Shown here in pieces: positions 13,093 through 23,998 of a DNA stretch of 64,000 nucleotides. Each line of letters starts with the position of its first letter. Position 1 is the first letter of the stretch. The notes under the pieces were generated by a model. The model was not told the DNA's origin. It searched no databases and worked only from the letters and a program-made list of their open reading frames with translations. The stretch is from Lepidodermella squamata (lineage: Eukaryota; Animalia; Gastrotricha): positions 558,001 through 622,000 of the forward strand of contig JBLDXI010000023.1 of assembly GCA_047495785.1 (NCBI GenBank), given 5' to 3'. The translations under genes and the position numbers were made by a program.

Positions 13093-14139
13093 ATGCCCGA
13101 AGTTACGTCAGACCAACTGGCCGAGCTGTCGGCTAAACTTGCCGAGACGCTAAACGCGGTTGCCCAAGCTCAAATAGCCGGAGCGGTTCGAGCTTCCACT
13201 TCGAAAATTATCCCTTATGACGGCAGAGAGGACTTTGGCAATTGGCTAAATCGGGTGAGGAGCCAGTTAGAAATGGAGAAAGTTCCCCCAGAGAAAGCTG
13301 TGCAAGCCATCGCTCTTGCCTTGCCCCGTCGAGGAATGGATATTTATACCGAGATGGTGGACGCTGAGAAAAAGAAAGACCCAGCTAACCCAGCACCAAT
13401 CGAGGCGAAGACTTTCTACGAAAGAGTGCTCGCCCTGTTCGAAGGAGAAGTTCTACCCGCCGAGCTCCTACGCCGTTTCGAGCGGCGCTACCAGCGCCCG
13501 AATGAACGTTTTGCCGAATACGTTCATGACTTGGATAGTCTCCTGCGTCGCTCTGACCCGGAAATGAAAGCTGAACAGCGTTTCATTCGCGTTTGCCTTC
13601 AAGCGCGCCAAGGCTGCTCGTCGCCTCAGCTGAAGCTGGCAATCACTCGTTTCGAACCAGACTCTATGAAGGAATTGCTGGACCTCGCTCGTCGCGAAGA
13701 AGCTGCAGAGGAACTGCAAGCCCGGATGTTCAGTGAGCCCCGAATGAACCTGGTGGAAGCCAGGAATCCTCCAGCGCCGTTGAATGAAGCTGAGGTCCGT
13801 AAGATCGTGGCCGAAGAAATGGCCAAGCAGAAGGAGGCCATGGTTGCTGCCCTGCGAGAAGAGTTGAAGCGCCATGAGGAAGGTTTTTCGAAGTTGGCGC
13901 GCAATGAGAGTCGCTTTCCATCTGCATCCTTCCGAGGCGGTGGGGGAGATAATGATTATTACGAAAGGCCGCCGTTCGGCCGAGGTCAAGGGTATCGTCA
14001 ACGCCAAGGCGGCCCAGAAAGGCCAGGGGGAAGACGAAGCGACGGGTGCTATCGGTGTGGCGTTCCTGGTCACATCGCCCGTGATTGCTCCAATCCGCCT
14101 GATGATTTCGCAAAAAACGGCAAACCGGCGACGCAGTAG
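13093..14139 (+). CDS. gag: Gag (capsid plus one CCHC zinc knuckle)
   Basis: ATG 13093, capsid-like PYDG..F..W and RRYQRPNERFAEY segments, knuckle CYRCGVPGHIARDC. Confidence 0.9.
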   Translation: MPEVTSDQLAELSAKLAETLNAVAQAQIAGAVRASTSKIIPYDGREDFGNWLNRVRSQLEMEKVPPEKAVQAIALALPRRGMDIYTEMVDAEKKKDPANPAPIEAKTFYERVLALFEGEVLPAELLRRFERRYQRPNERFAEYVHDLDSLLRRSDPEMKAEQRFIRVCLQARQGCSSPQLKLAITRFEPDSMKELLDLARREEAAEELQARMFSEPRMNLVEARNPPAPLNEAEVRKIVAEEMAKQKEAMVAALREELKRHEEGFSKLARNESRFPSASFRGGGGDNDYYERPPFGRGQGYRQRQGGPERPGGRRSDGCYRCGVPGHIARDCSNPPDDFAKNGKPATQ

Positions 14140-14171
14140 CCGGGGCGCCGCCGCTGGTCGAAGATCCGGCA
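14112..14171 (+). promoter_or_regulatory. -1 programmed ribosomal frameshift signal (gag-pol)
   Basis: Slippery heptamer A AAA AAC (14112-14118) in the gag frame; the -1 frame is open into pol. Downstream stem ACCGGCG/CGCTGGT, with loop GCCGG able to pair with CCGGC (~14166), suggests an H-type pseudoknot. Confidence 0.8.
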
Positions 14172-14186
14172 CCCTGGATTCCCTTT

Positions 14187-17100
14187 GTGGCTGGGGCACC
14201 TTTCGTTCCAGCCTTCACTCAGGCCGTCGAAATTATGTTGTACAGTACATCGAATAATATTGAACCCAGTGTAGTTAAAACGTCGGTAGTGATAGATTCC
14301 GGCGCTACCATGTCGGCTGTAAGCCGCGCTACAGTGAACTGGCTGAAGCTCAAGGTTGACGAGGAAGATTTGCGCGCCATGAGACCGCTTTACAACACGC
14401 CTATGAGGATCTCTGGGTCAGTACTGTTGACGATGAATTTAGGTAGCACACGTGTGGTCCATCGATGCGCTGTAGTGGAAGAATTGCAACCCTTTATTGT
14501 GCTCGGTGGAGATTTTGTGATTGCGAACGGAGCGAAGTTGAATCTTACGACCCAATCAATGACTCTTGCCAAACCACAATCGAAGGGTTATGTGAAGCTC
14601 AAAAACATTAAGTCCATTCATATTCCCATAAAGCTCAATGGCGTCAAGGTCGAGGCAATTTGTGACACCGGTGCTAATGTCAGCATTCTAGGCGAAAAGG
14701 TTGTACCACGCTTTGGGTTGCAAATTGAACCAACTCGAGTTCCAATCCTAGCGGTTGATGCCAGGGCAGAACCGCTTGAGATCCCCGGGGTGGTCAAGGT
14801 ATCGGCGCAGATCGGCGATCAGGTATTTTGCCCGACAATGTTAGTTACCAAGGCCACGGTGCCTCTGTTATGTGGCCTGGATTTGCTCCGTGAGGTTGCG
14901 AAGGAAATCGATTTCAATGAAATGAAGTTGGTCCTAAAATCGGGCGAGAAAGTTGATCTCGTTCAATCAGGTGTCGATACTGCAAGCATGTGCTTCGTGC
15001 ACACGATGGGAGTTCCCGAAGATAGCACGGTTCCCGAATTATTTGATGCGTCCGCACCGTCGGAGGTTGACATCGAAAATCTGTTAAGTCAGGCTGAAAC
15101 TTGCCCGGAACAGTTACGCGAAAGGTTGAGGCATCTGCTGAAGGCGCACCCCGACGTCCTTGCATGGGGAACAGGCAAGACCAGTTGCATTTCAGGGGTC
15201 GAATTTTCGGTCGACACCGGCGACAGCCCACCTGTCGAGGCGAAGAAAAGATATCATTTTAGCGATTGGCAGCGGGAAGAGATGGATCGCCAAGTTGACG
15301 TTGGGTTGCAGCGTGGTTGGTTTAGGCGCTGTGATGACAGTCCGTACAATGCTCACATGATCCTTACTCGCAAGAAAGGCGGCAAATGGCGAGCGTGTGT
15401 CGATTATAAGCCGCTGAACGCCGAGACACGGTATAAGTCGTATACGATGCCCGACCTTCAGGACCTGATCCGCCGCGTTGGGAAAGCTCGTTATTTTTCG
15501 GTTTTGGATTTTGCTTCGGGATACCATCAAATCAAGGTTTCAGAGGACACCATCAAAAAGCTTGCCTTCACAGTGAACGGTTTCCGGCACCGTGGTAAAT
15601 TCGAGTGGCTCGTGATGCCATTCGGTGTCCGAGGAGGGCCGGCTTGTTTTCAATCCTTCGTCGACAAATTATTTAAAGACCTGATCGATCGTGGGGTCCT
15701 AGTCGTATTTGTTGACGACATTTTCATCTTCACTGAAACCGCTGAGGAACACATGGAGGTGTTAGAAGAGGTTTTTCGCCGTTTAGCGGCAAGGAATGGT
15801 CGACTGAAATGGGAGAAGTTGCGGCTTTACCAATCGCAGGTCGAATTTTTGGGCCACCTCTTAGGCCAGGATGGGTTCGTTCTGAATGAGGAAAACACGA
15901 CTAAGCTGCGCAATTTTCCTTACCCAAAGACCAAGAAAGGCGTCAGGAGTTTCCTTGGGTTGGCGAACTTCGCGAGGCAATTTTCCCCGAGGATGGCCGA
16001 GCTCGCAGCACCGCTGGCTGCTCTCACAGCTAAGTCCGCCAAGTTCGTTTGGTCCCCGGAATGTCAGGCGAATTTTGAGGAAATTAAGAAGATACTAACA
16101 TCAAAACCCGTGTTGGCCTACCCGATTCCCCGATTAGGCGGCTATCGGCTGTACACGGACGCGAGCGAGGTAGCCGTATCGGCATTATTGACTCAAACGC
16201 AGGAAGGTGCTGAGAGGTTAATAGCCGCAGCTAGCATGAAGCTTTCGCCGAGTCAGAGTCGCTATTCCGCAACCAAACGCGAGATGCTCGCGATCCATTG
16301 GGCAGTGACAAAACAGTTTCGTCGATTTTTGTTTGGGTCTAGATTTACAATCCTTACTGACCACAAACCGCTAGTGTATCTGGACAATTTCCAAGATCCC
16401 TCGAATTGCCTATGGTCGTGGAGTCATGATTTGTCTGAATACGATTTTGTAATCCAATACCTACCCGGGTCGATGCAAATAGCCGACAGTCTGTCACGAC
16501 CAGAGGAAGGGCCGTCAACAGGGGAGCAAGGGGATGAGGAGGAGAGTGAAAGTCCGGGCCAAGACCCCATTATCGCTTGGTTCTCGCTGTTGAACGCGCC
16601 GTGGTCAGCGGACCAGATCAGAGCGGCTCAGCTAGCGGACCCTGAGCTAGGTCCTGTACTATCGAAAATCGCAAATGACGAACCGGTGGTTGTAGGGCCC
16701 GAAGAGACACACCGGGTTAAAGTGTTGGCTCGCATGAGCGATCGAATCGTCACTGATGAGGAAGGCGTTTATCATCTGGTCGTAGGGGATCGGCTACTAC
16801 CCCGACAATGTCTACTGGTGCCGGCGAGCATGAGGAATCAGTTTCTTAAGGCGGCGCACGACTCCCCCATGGCTGGCCATTTCGGTAACAGGCGCACGTT
16901 GGCGCGAGCCAGAGATGCGGCATGGTGGGTTGGGATGCCCGCGGATGTAGGAAGGTTTGTGAAACAATGCGAGCCTTGCGCCGTGAATCGGGACTCGTCG
17001 GATCCTCAAAGGTTGCCCCTAACGAGTCCCAAGGAAGAAGCCAAAGAGCCGTTCGATATTGTGCAGATGGATTTCGTTAAGGTGAACCCACCCTCGTCTC

Positions 17101-18692
17101 GTAGGCATAATTGGGTTCTGGAGATAACCGACGTCTATTCGAACTTCGTGGCCGCATACCCCTTGGTCTCGTCAGACGCGGTCAGTACCGCCGATGCCTT
17201 CATCGACTACTGCTGTAGGTGTGACATTCCTCGAGTTTGCATCACTGACAGAGGATCCCAATTCGAAAGTGCCCTGTTTGCCCGCGTTTGCCAGGTCTTG
17301 AATATCGAAAAACGAAGAACGGTTCCATTCAACCCCAGAGGCAATGCCGGGAATGAAAGGCAACACAGAACAACGTTTGACGTGCTCGGGATAATTGCAG
17401 AGAATGGGCGTGACTGGGACAAGAAGCTGCAGTTAGCAGTCAGGGCGTATAATACGTCGCCGCATCAGGCAACTGGCATATCACCGTTTGAAGTTATCCG
17501 TGGCGTACCAGCTCGAAGTCCCATGGAGTTCCTGTGGCAACCGTCGAGACCTGAGCCCAAGGAAGTCTCGCAGTATGTGGAGGATTTGCAGAAAAGATTA
17601 TCGAATGTTCAAGAGATTGTCGACAAGGCGGTGGCGAAACGTTTCGGCCAGTTTAAGCTTCAGTACGACAGAACGGCAAGCCACCGATCCTTCAAACCAG
17701 GAAAGTTTGTTTGGAAAAAGATTGAGCCACCGCTGTCAGGGAAATTTCCGATCAAGTATGATGGTCCTTACGAAGTCATCGAACAGGGCCGATCTCGGAA
17801 CTGCTATCACTTGCGGTCGTGCCGCAGCGCCAGAGTGTTCACGGCCAGTACCCGCCAACTCAAGCCGTGTCCTCGTGAAGTTGGCGAAGCCCATCGGAAA
17901 CGATGGCAAACGCTGAATGCGGATTATCTCGGCCGTCTGCACTACCCGATTCAAGGCCAGGAGCAGCGAGTGAATGAAGAAGAGGCACCGATCTATGAGG
18001 CAAGTTTTGAAGTTCCACCCCCACAAAATTTTTGCTCTTTTCCAGAGAATCTTCCCCTTGAATGGCGGCCAGTTGAGCCGTTGGACGAAGAAGTCGAAGA
18101 AGGGATTCGCGATCGAAGTCGATGTGGTTGGTTGGAAGAAGCTACAACATCTGAAATGCTCGATGTCGTGAAGCCGGATGGGTTCAAGGCGATCATCGAC
18201 GGTCTACAGTTGCTGTCGCAACAGCTGAGGAAGGTTCCGGTGGCCGAGCAGCCACAGCAAGAAGACTCGGCTGACAAGGCTGGAGACGCGTTCAATTTCG
18301 AAGAACCTAGCCACCCGTTCGAATTCGATCTATCTGGCTCGATATCATCAGGTGAGCTCTCATGGCCGGAGCTCGAACATGAGGTCGAACCTGGAAGTGC
18401 CGAAGAAGCTGAAGAAGAGTTCGTGGATGCCACAAGCCGACCACCGAGTGGCCTGCAAGTGATTGTAGCTGAAGCAGAAGCCGAGTCGAAAGTCGAGGAA
18501 GAGGTGGTACTGGAAACTGGTTGTGACACGCTGCCATGGCTGGGCCGAAAAGGTGAAGGAAAGCGTGTTCCGAAGCTGAGTTCGAAGCTTGCCGGTGGGG
18601 AATTCGATCTGTCAGGCGCGTGGAAGCTGGCCAAGGCGACGGCTAGGAAGGCTGCTTCGACGTCGAAAACGGCGCTAAGCTTCTTATGGTGA
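14187..18692 (+). CDS. pol: Pol polyprotein: protease x2, RT, RNase H, integrase, acidic C-terminal extension
   Basis: IDSGA and CDTGA protease motifs, RT LDFASGYHQ / MPFG / FVDD, RNase H TDAS..E..TDH..AD, integrase HHCC (AHDSPMAGH..CEPC), D-D-E and GPY. ORF is uninterrupted. Confidence 0.95.
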   Translation: MAGAPFVPAFTQAVEIMLYSTSNNIEPSVVKTSVVIDSGATMSAVSRATVNWLKLKVDEEDLRAMRPLYNTPMRISGSVLLTMNLGSTRVVHRCAVVEELQPFIVLGGDFVIANGAKLNLTTQSMTLAKPQSKGYVKLKNIKSIHIPIKLNGVKVEAICDTGANVSILGEKVVPRFGLQIEPTRVPILAVDARAEPLEIPGVVKVSAQIGDQVFCPTMLVTKATVPLLCGLDLLREVAKEIDFNEMKLVLKSGEKVDLVQSGVDTASMCFVHTMGVPEDSTVPELFDASAPSEVDIENLLSQAETCPEQLRERLRHLLKAHPDVLAWGTGKTSCISGVEFSVDTGDSPPVEAKKRYHFSDWQREEMDRQVDVGLQRGWFRRCDDSPYNAHMILTRKKGGKWRACVDYKPLNAETRYKSYTMPDLQDLIRRVGKARYFSVLDFASGYHQIKVSEDTIKKLAFTVNGFRHRGKFEWLVMPFGVRGGPACFQSFVDKLFKDLIDRGVLVVFVDDIFIFTETAEEHMEVLEEVFRRLAARNGRLKWEKLRLYQSQVEFLGHLLGQDGFVLNEENTTKLRNFPYPKTKKGVRSFLGLANFARQFSPRMAELAAPLAALTAKSAKFVWSPECQANFEEIKKILTSKPVLAYPIPRLGGYRLYTDASEVAVSALLTQTQEGAERLIAAASMKLSPSQSRYSATKREMLAIHWAVTKQFRRFLFGSRFTILTDHKPLVYLDNFQDPSNCLWSWSHDLSEYDFVIQYLPGSMQIADSLSRPEEGPSTGEQGDEEESESPGQDPIIAWFSLLNAPWSADQIRAAQLADPELGPVLSKIANDEPVVVGPEETHRVKVLARMSDRIVTDEEGVYHLVVGDRLLPRQCLLVPASMRNQFLKAAHDSPMAGHFGNRRTLARARDAAWWVGMPADVGRFVKQCEPCAVNRDSSDPQRLPLTSPKEEAKEPFDIVQMDFVKVNPPSSRRHNWVLEITDVYSNFVAAYPLVSSDAVSTADAFIDYCCRCDIPRVCITDRGSQFESALFARVCQVLNIEKRRTVPFNPRGNAGNERQHRTTFDVLGIIAENGRDWDKKLQLAVRAYNTSPHQATGISPFEVIRGVPARSPMEFLWQPSRPEPKEVSQYVEDLQKRLSNVQEIVDKAVAKRFGQFKLQYDRTASHRSFKPGKFVWKKIEPPLSGKFPIKYDGPYEVIEQGRSRNCYHLRSCRSARVFTASTRQLKPCPREVGEAHRKRWQTLNADYLGRLHYPIQGQEQRVNEEEAPIYEASFEVPPPQNFCSFPENLPLEWRPVEPLDEEVEEGIRDRSRCGWLEEATTSEMLDVVKPDGFKAIIDGLQLLSQQLRKVPVAEQPQQEDSADKAGDAFNFEEPSHPFEFDLSGSISSGELSWPELEHEVEPGSAEEAEEEFVDATSRPPSGLQVIVAEAEAESKVEEEVVLETGCDTLPWLGRKGEGKRVPKLSSKLAGGEFDLSGAWKLAKATARKAASTSKTALSFLW

Positions 18693-19828
18693 CATGGAGC
18701 GAAGTCTTCAAAGACTTATGTATGGTGTGCCGTTAGATGTGAATGTAAGATCGAAAGTTCGTATAATTTTCCTCTGTGATTTTTTTGGTCTCGGAATCGA
18801 GAAGCGATCGGAAGTGATTGTATTAATGAATGAATTGTTGCTACTCTATTCATAACAAAAAGTGTTAATGGTGGTAGTTTACGATTAAATCGCCATGATC
18901 CTCCCAGAAAAAGAGATGATATTTTCGTGCTGGATGAATTACTCATGCATCAGCTCACTGACCCTTTTGCGATTCTTCCCGCTTCTTCAATTGTAAATAT
19001 TTTAATTAATAACCTCTAATATGAAGAAGAATACCTAATGTCGAACGTCTCTCCTCTATAGTCTCGTATTATCTATAATATTGTACATAGTCGATCACAT
19101 CTTGCCTTTTCTCTCAATCAAATTGTCAATCGAACTCTCTCTTTTTCCTTGTGAGATTGTAAATAAATGATATAACACTGATCTACATTTCTTATATCTT
19201 CTCTCTCCAATCCTCTCCCTTGCCCTGTACCCTGTACAACAGTGATCCTTCCCCACAGTGACGCCTTCTTATTGCCTCTGTCCCTTCTATTCTTTCATTC
19301 TTCTGTTCTTGCCAAATAACATTTTCCCTTATGAAATAATGTACATACAATTGCCTGAAACCTGCTCTTCTCAAATCGATGATCTATAATCCGTTGAAAA
19401 TCATATGAAGTACCGTTCTCATTTACGTGAAAGAAATTTATATTTGCCCGCTTGTCAATATTTATGATTTCAGAATGTCGGTTGGGCGATGAGCCAGGCG
19501 GCCCGGTCCGGCTTCGATGGATGTCGCCGAGCCGAGGAAGCTTGGGGGTCGTCTCTTCTCGACCAGCGGGAACACGAGAAGTTTTGAAGCCCTAGCGGCG
19601 AATATTACCAATGAATAAACGTTTGCCTTTCAGATCATCGAGATTGCGGTTTGGGTCTTCGCTAGTCTTATTCTAATCTTATCTAATCTTATCTAAATCG
19701 TATTCTTGAAACTTCTGTCTTGGTCGTGTATCTTAGGCCTGGTCTTGTGCGTGGCTGTTCGAGTAACCGTGAACTGTATATATCTTATATGCTGTCTCTT
19801 TCTTATCCTTATATCTATATTGTAAACC

Positions 19829-19843
19829 GAAAGGTGGGAGGAG
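19829..19843 (+). promoter_or_regulatory. Polypurine tract
   Basis: GAAAGGTGGGAGGAG abutting the 3' LTR. Confidence 0.85.
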
Positions 19844-20081
19844 TTTGGCGAAGCCACCTGTTGAATATTGAATTTGAAAGTGGCGGTCGACCTTGACCGA
19901 ACCTCACGGATACGTGTAGCGTTAATGTAGTGACAAATGGCGAACTATGATTGGCTGGATATCGGTATATAAGATGACTTGTTAATAATGTCGGAGAAGA
20001 TTTCGGAGAATAAACTAGAGATCATTAATAACGTGTTTTATTGTTGCCAGTAGAGCTACTAGCCTTGGTCTTCTCGCCACA
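19844..20081 (+). repeat. 3' LTR
   Basis: Matches the 5' LTR except that it begins TT instead of TG. Confidence 0.95.
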
Positions 20082-22031
20082 ACAACATTATTATATTTAT
20101 AGTGCGATCATAGAGCAAAAAATGACCAGAGTAAGCACTCAAGGGGTGTTTTTTTTATTCGACCCGGCTTGCCCGCGCCCGCACTGCCCTCGCACGTTCA
20201 TTTATTCCACCCAGACCGCCCGAACACATTTTTTTATTCGCCCGGCTTGCCCGCACTCTAGACAACGCCCATAACGCCCAGCCTCTCAAGACCGGGCAGC
20301 TGCGGGAAAATGCACGCGATTCGAAGCAGCAAAAAATTGCATAAAAACACCAAATATAAGTCATCAAGTAGTGCAAGTGACTATATTTCTGCTGCTGAAT
20401 AATAATTCAGAAAATTATAAGACAAATGAAAATCATTTGAAAATATTTATGCTTAATAAGAAGTGTGGTGAAATCGCAGCGATTGACAAGCGATTCCGGG
20501 TGGGTACTTCATCGTAGACTCGGCTATCGAATCACAATAGCAGTGGTAGAATGATACCGAACGTCTAAACCCGTTTTAATTATCAAATTTTAATAATGCT
20601 GCATTAAACAGTCCTTAATTATTATTTTATCAAATCCAAATTATTGAATCAGTTATCGGTAATTATCTTTATCTTTTTCTGATTTTGGAGCTGCGTCTAT
20701 GCCTATAGTAAAACCATGGTGATTTTGGTTAAATTCGCAACAAATTTTGAATTCATAATTCGAGCCTCCGTTCAAAATTTTAGAAAATTAGAAAAACTTC
20801 ATGACAATTTTAGAAAATTGGCGAATCATGGAGAATCATATGAGGTCGAATTTGTCTATCCGAAGCGAGTCAAACATCGGAATTAAATTTTGCGTGGCGA
20901 ATGACCTTGACCATCAGGTTGACCAGGCCTTCAGAATATTTTTAATGCTGAAGAATAGGAATTTGAGATCAGAAATATATCACATGAAACAAAACTGAGA
21001 TTGGTCATATTTCTATTCATTTAATCATGCTGTAGATTTTGTCAAGTTAGACTGGAATGATGCGAATAATTTTCCCTTTGTTTGTGAGCATAAGCATGAA
21101 TCAGCAATCATTCAGAATCAGCAAAAGAAAACACCCAAGCTAACACTTCATTTTTATTCAAAGTTGAATCAAAGTTGAATCTCAAAACGGATATCTCCGT
21201 TTTTTACCAAATTTTGCATGCCTATAGAACACGAGCTGCTCTTTATATTGTCGAGATTTTCCGAAGGTGCTCAAGTACTTCTACCCCTCTAGTTTTCATA
21301 GGGGCGAGACTTTCACGCATCAATTCATGTAAAGTTTGCCCCTTCCATTTGACTAAAGATAAGGATAAAATGCTCAAGAAATGATTCGAATTTCATAAAA
21401 TTGACAAGCGAGCATTTGCCTAGAGGCTATAACGATTTAAAATATTGTTGGTTGAAATGGCTGTAAAGGGTTATTCTATAGTTGCACGAGTAAAAAGTCT
21501 ATATCTGAACGGAGCCGGCCGAGATTTACGAATACTATGCTGAAATTTCACGAACATGGGCTCCCAAAATTCTGCTCCGATTGGTTATGCGGACGCATTC
21601 GAAGCCCAATGGTTCGAAAACCCATCAACCCTGAAACGAAATCTTTCGCGAAAAATTTGCCGCTTTTCAATCCGAAGAAAGTGGTTCGATTAGAACGACA
21701 AGCGAATGCGATGCACGAGACTCGAAAGCAGTCCGTCGAAATTTCATCTCTGGTTGTAAAAAAATGGCTCAGTTTCGGACAAGCGCGTCTCAACGGTGTT
21801 TGGTACGGCCATTTTTTCAACACAATCGGTGCTGTCACTGGCGGAATGGTGCAAGGTGATATCCCCTGTGGTGATTTCTGCGAATCGTTTCTTGATCTTT
21901 TCGAATAATTTGTACTAAATTGGTGCATTCCGTTTTATTGCGTGCAGACTGTAGACTTGCGTGCAGACTGGGATTATGCAAGGCTGCTTCTTCTCTTCCC
22001 GGTTTGCAGATTGATAAGAAACAACAGCACA

Positions 22032-22245
22032 TGGTCAGTTGGCTCGTATTCATGACTCCGCCTTGCTACTTGATCGTGCGATCTATATAATTTGTGGCTT
22101 TTATTATTTTTATGAAGGCCGTATCGTAGCACGCGTTTCCAACAAATGCGTAAAACCATTCATAAAAAGATATTTTTTGCAAACATTTTATGGATCGCAC
22201 CATCAAGTAGCAAGGCGGACTCATGGATACGAGCCAACTGACCAA
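22032..22245. repeat. Imperfect inverted repeat (~55-bp arms), probable MITE remnant
   Basis: TGGTCAGTTGGCTCGTATTCATGACTCCGCCTTGCTACTTGAT... mirrored by ...ATCAAGTAGCAAGGCGGACTCATGGATACGAGCCAACTGACCA. Confidence 0.8.
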
Positions 22246-22803
22246 TCAGCGTGCGGATTTTTTTCAACTTACAACCTCAAACACAATGCTAATCAGCGCT
22301 TTCGAATTGAAATTCGATTCCACAACAATTAAGTTATCAGTTAGCTCCGCGTCTACTTTGCTGAAGTCTTTGCGAACTCTTCAAGTCATCGACCTCAGGA
22401 ATGCACGTAACTGTTCAACGAAAAATTCTCATGATTCTCATCACACAAGCATGCCTAGATGAATTTTCAGGATTTTCAAAAATAAATATTTTTCTGGCAA
22501 TGACAACGCTAACCCGAGAAATGTGCTCAAAATGTACTGGATAGCATGAATGCTCAGCTGGCTTTTAGAATGGGTCGATTTTCACTTTCATCCCGCGATA
22601 AGAAACCACATGTGGTCACAAGCGTAATGACATAGTTATTTCTTAATCACGCGCCTTTATATAGGTCACATTCGTAATTTTCGCTAGACATTGAATTAGG
22701 ATAAGGCTCGAGCCAAAATAGTTTCACACGACAGCGGTGCTATATAATCAAGCTGATAAATGTTAATTTTTTATTTCAAACCAACTGATTTATTTTAACA
22801 ATC

Positions 22804-23112
22804 ATGAAGGTAATTGCCGTTTTTGCCGCTGTTCTAGCTGTTACCTTTGCGAATCCTAATCAGGAAGGTATGAAATTTGTCAGCTCGATAGCGGCGATTT
22901 CACCATTTCTATTGTAGACGTAGTCTGTCCGGATGGTTTCACGGGAATTTTTGAAAATAAAGCACTTTGCTGCGATGGCAACGCTAACCCCCTCAATCAG
23001 GGTCTGGAATGCTGCGGAAATGCTGCCTACGAACCTTCGATTCAGAAGTGCTGCGATGGAGCCATTTTAGCTGCTCTTGGCGATAACAAGGAATGCGTTG
23101 CAGGCGAATCGA
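22804..23112 (+). pseudogene. Galaxin-like type A copy 2: exons 1-2 intact, own exon 3 absent
   Basis: Exons 22804-22867 and 22918-23112 closely match copy 1. No exon-3 sequence is found before the next gene starts at 23999. Confidence 0.7.
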
Positions 23113-23998
23113 GTAAGTATTCATACTACAACCTTTTAAAAACTGGTTTTTGCTCAATTCCGAAAGGTTAAAGTTTGTCACCGATTGTCATCACCGTTCA
23201 GGCTCCGCAAAAAGTGGTCGAAATCTATCGGCCCAGCTGATTTCAGCATACTTTTCAAACACCCTACTTACAGCATCAAATGCTCTCAACATTGAATTTT
23301 CATGTTCTAAGCCTCTTCCATGTTTTGGAACAAAAAACACGCATCTCGCCTGTATAACGTCTGGGCCGATACGACGATTTCGACCGGTTTGATTAAACTT
23401 CAATTGCTTCATCATTTTTCATTTCCAACTCGAAAAAATTGATACAGGGGTCACTAAGACTATGACAAACACGGTAGTTATTATTTGATCAAAACAAGAT
23501 CAGAAACCCCTCGAAATTTTAATCTCAGGTAGACTATTTTAATAACTACTAACTACCATGTCCTGACCCTGCCAAATAACAGCGCGTTCGTTTGAAATTC
23601 TTATTGCCAACATCGAAAAGTAGTATTCCTCTAGAGGGCGATCAACAAATCATCAAATTCAAATTATGTTGGCAATAAGAAATAAAGAAATAAAGAAGTT
23701 GGCCAAAAAATTCCGAAATCGTCCTTATGGCCATGAAAAGGTAAAGGGCAAACTACCCGATGTCTGAATTTGGACCAAAAACTGTGCACACCTCCTGTGC
23801 CATTAAGTTCTGACCTCCATTGCTATCACTTGTCGCTTATCATGCTTCGCGACTCCTAAAAAGCATTATGTGAACCCTGATTCTGCGACAAATCACATTC
23901 CCACGAGATAATGTTGTACCTATTTAAGTGCCATCAAAAAACGGGGAAAATCTGTACCCATATTTTTCAGACTCCATAACTCGTACGCATTATACAAC

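Larger units (their letters stand above)
12286..20081 (+). mobile_element. Full-length Ty3/gypsy LTR retrotransposon, recent insertion
   Basis: 238-bp LTRs at 12286-12523 and 19844-20081 (TGTGGCGA...TCGCCACA) differing at one base seen. 5-bp TSD ACAAC at 12281-12285 and 20082-20086. PBS, PPT, gag and pol in PR-RT-RH-IN order. Confidence 0.97.

Noticed and set aside
13468-14218. Long antisense and alternate-frame ORFs over gag and pol (e.g. 13468-14199, 17993-18634)
   Set aside because: Shadow ORFs of GC-rich coding sequence with no motifs of their own.
18716-19843. Possible env gene in the LTR element
   Set aside because: No long plus-strand ORF and no signal peptide plus TM architecture.
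20100-22000. Short ORFs (e.g. 21537-21908) and GC-rich direct repeats after the 3' LTR
   Set aside because: They look like non-coding transposon debris; no protein motif or definable termini.
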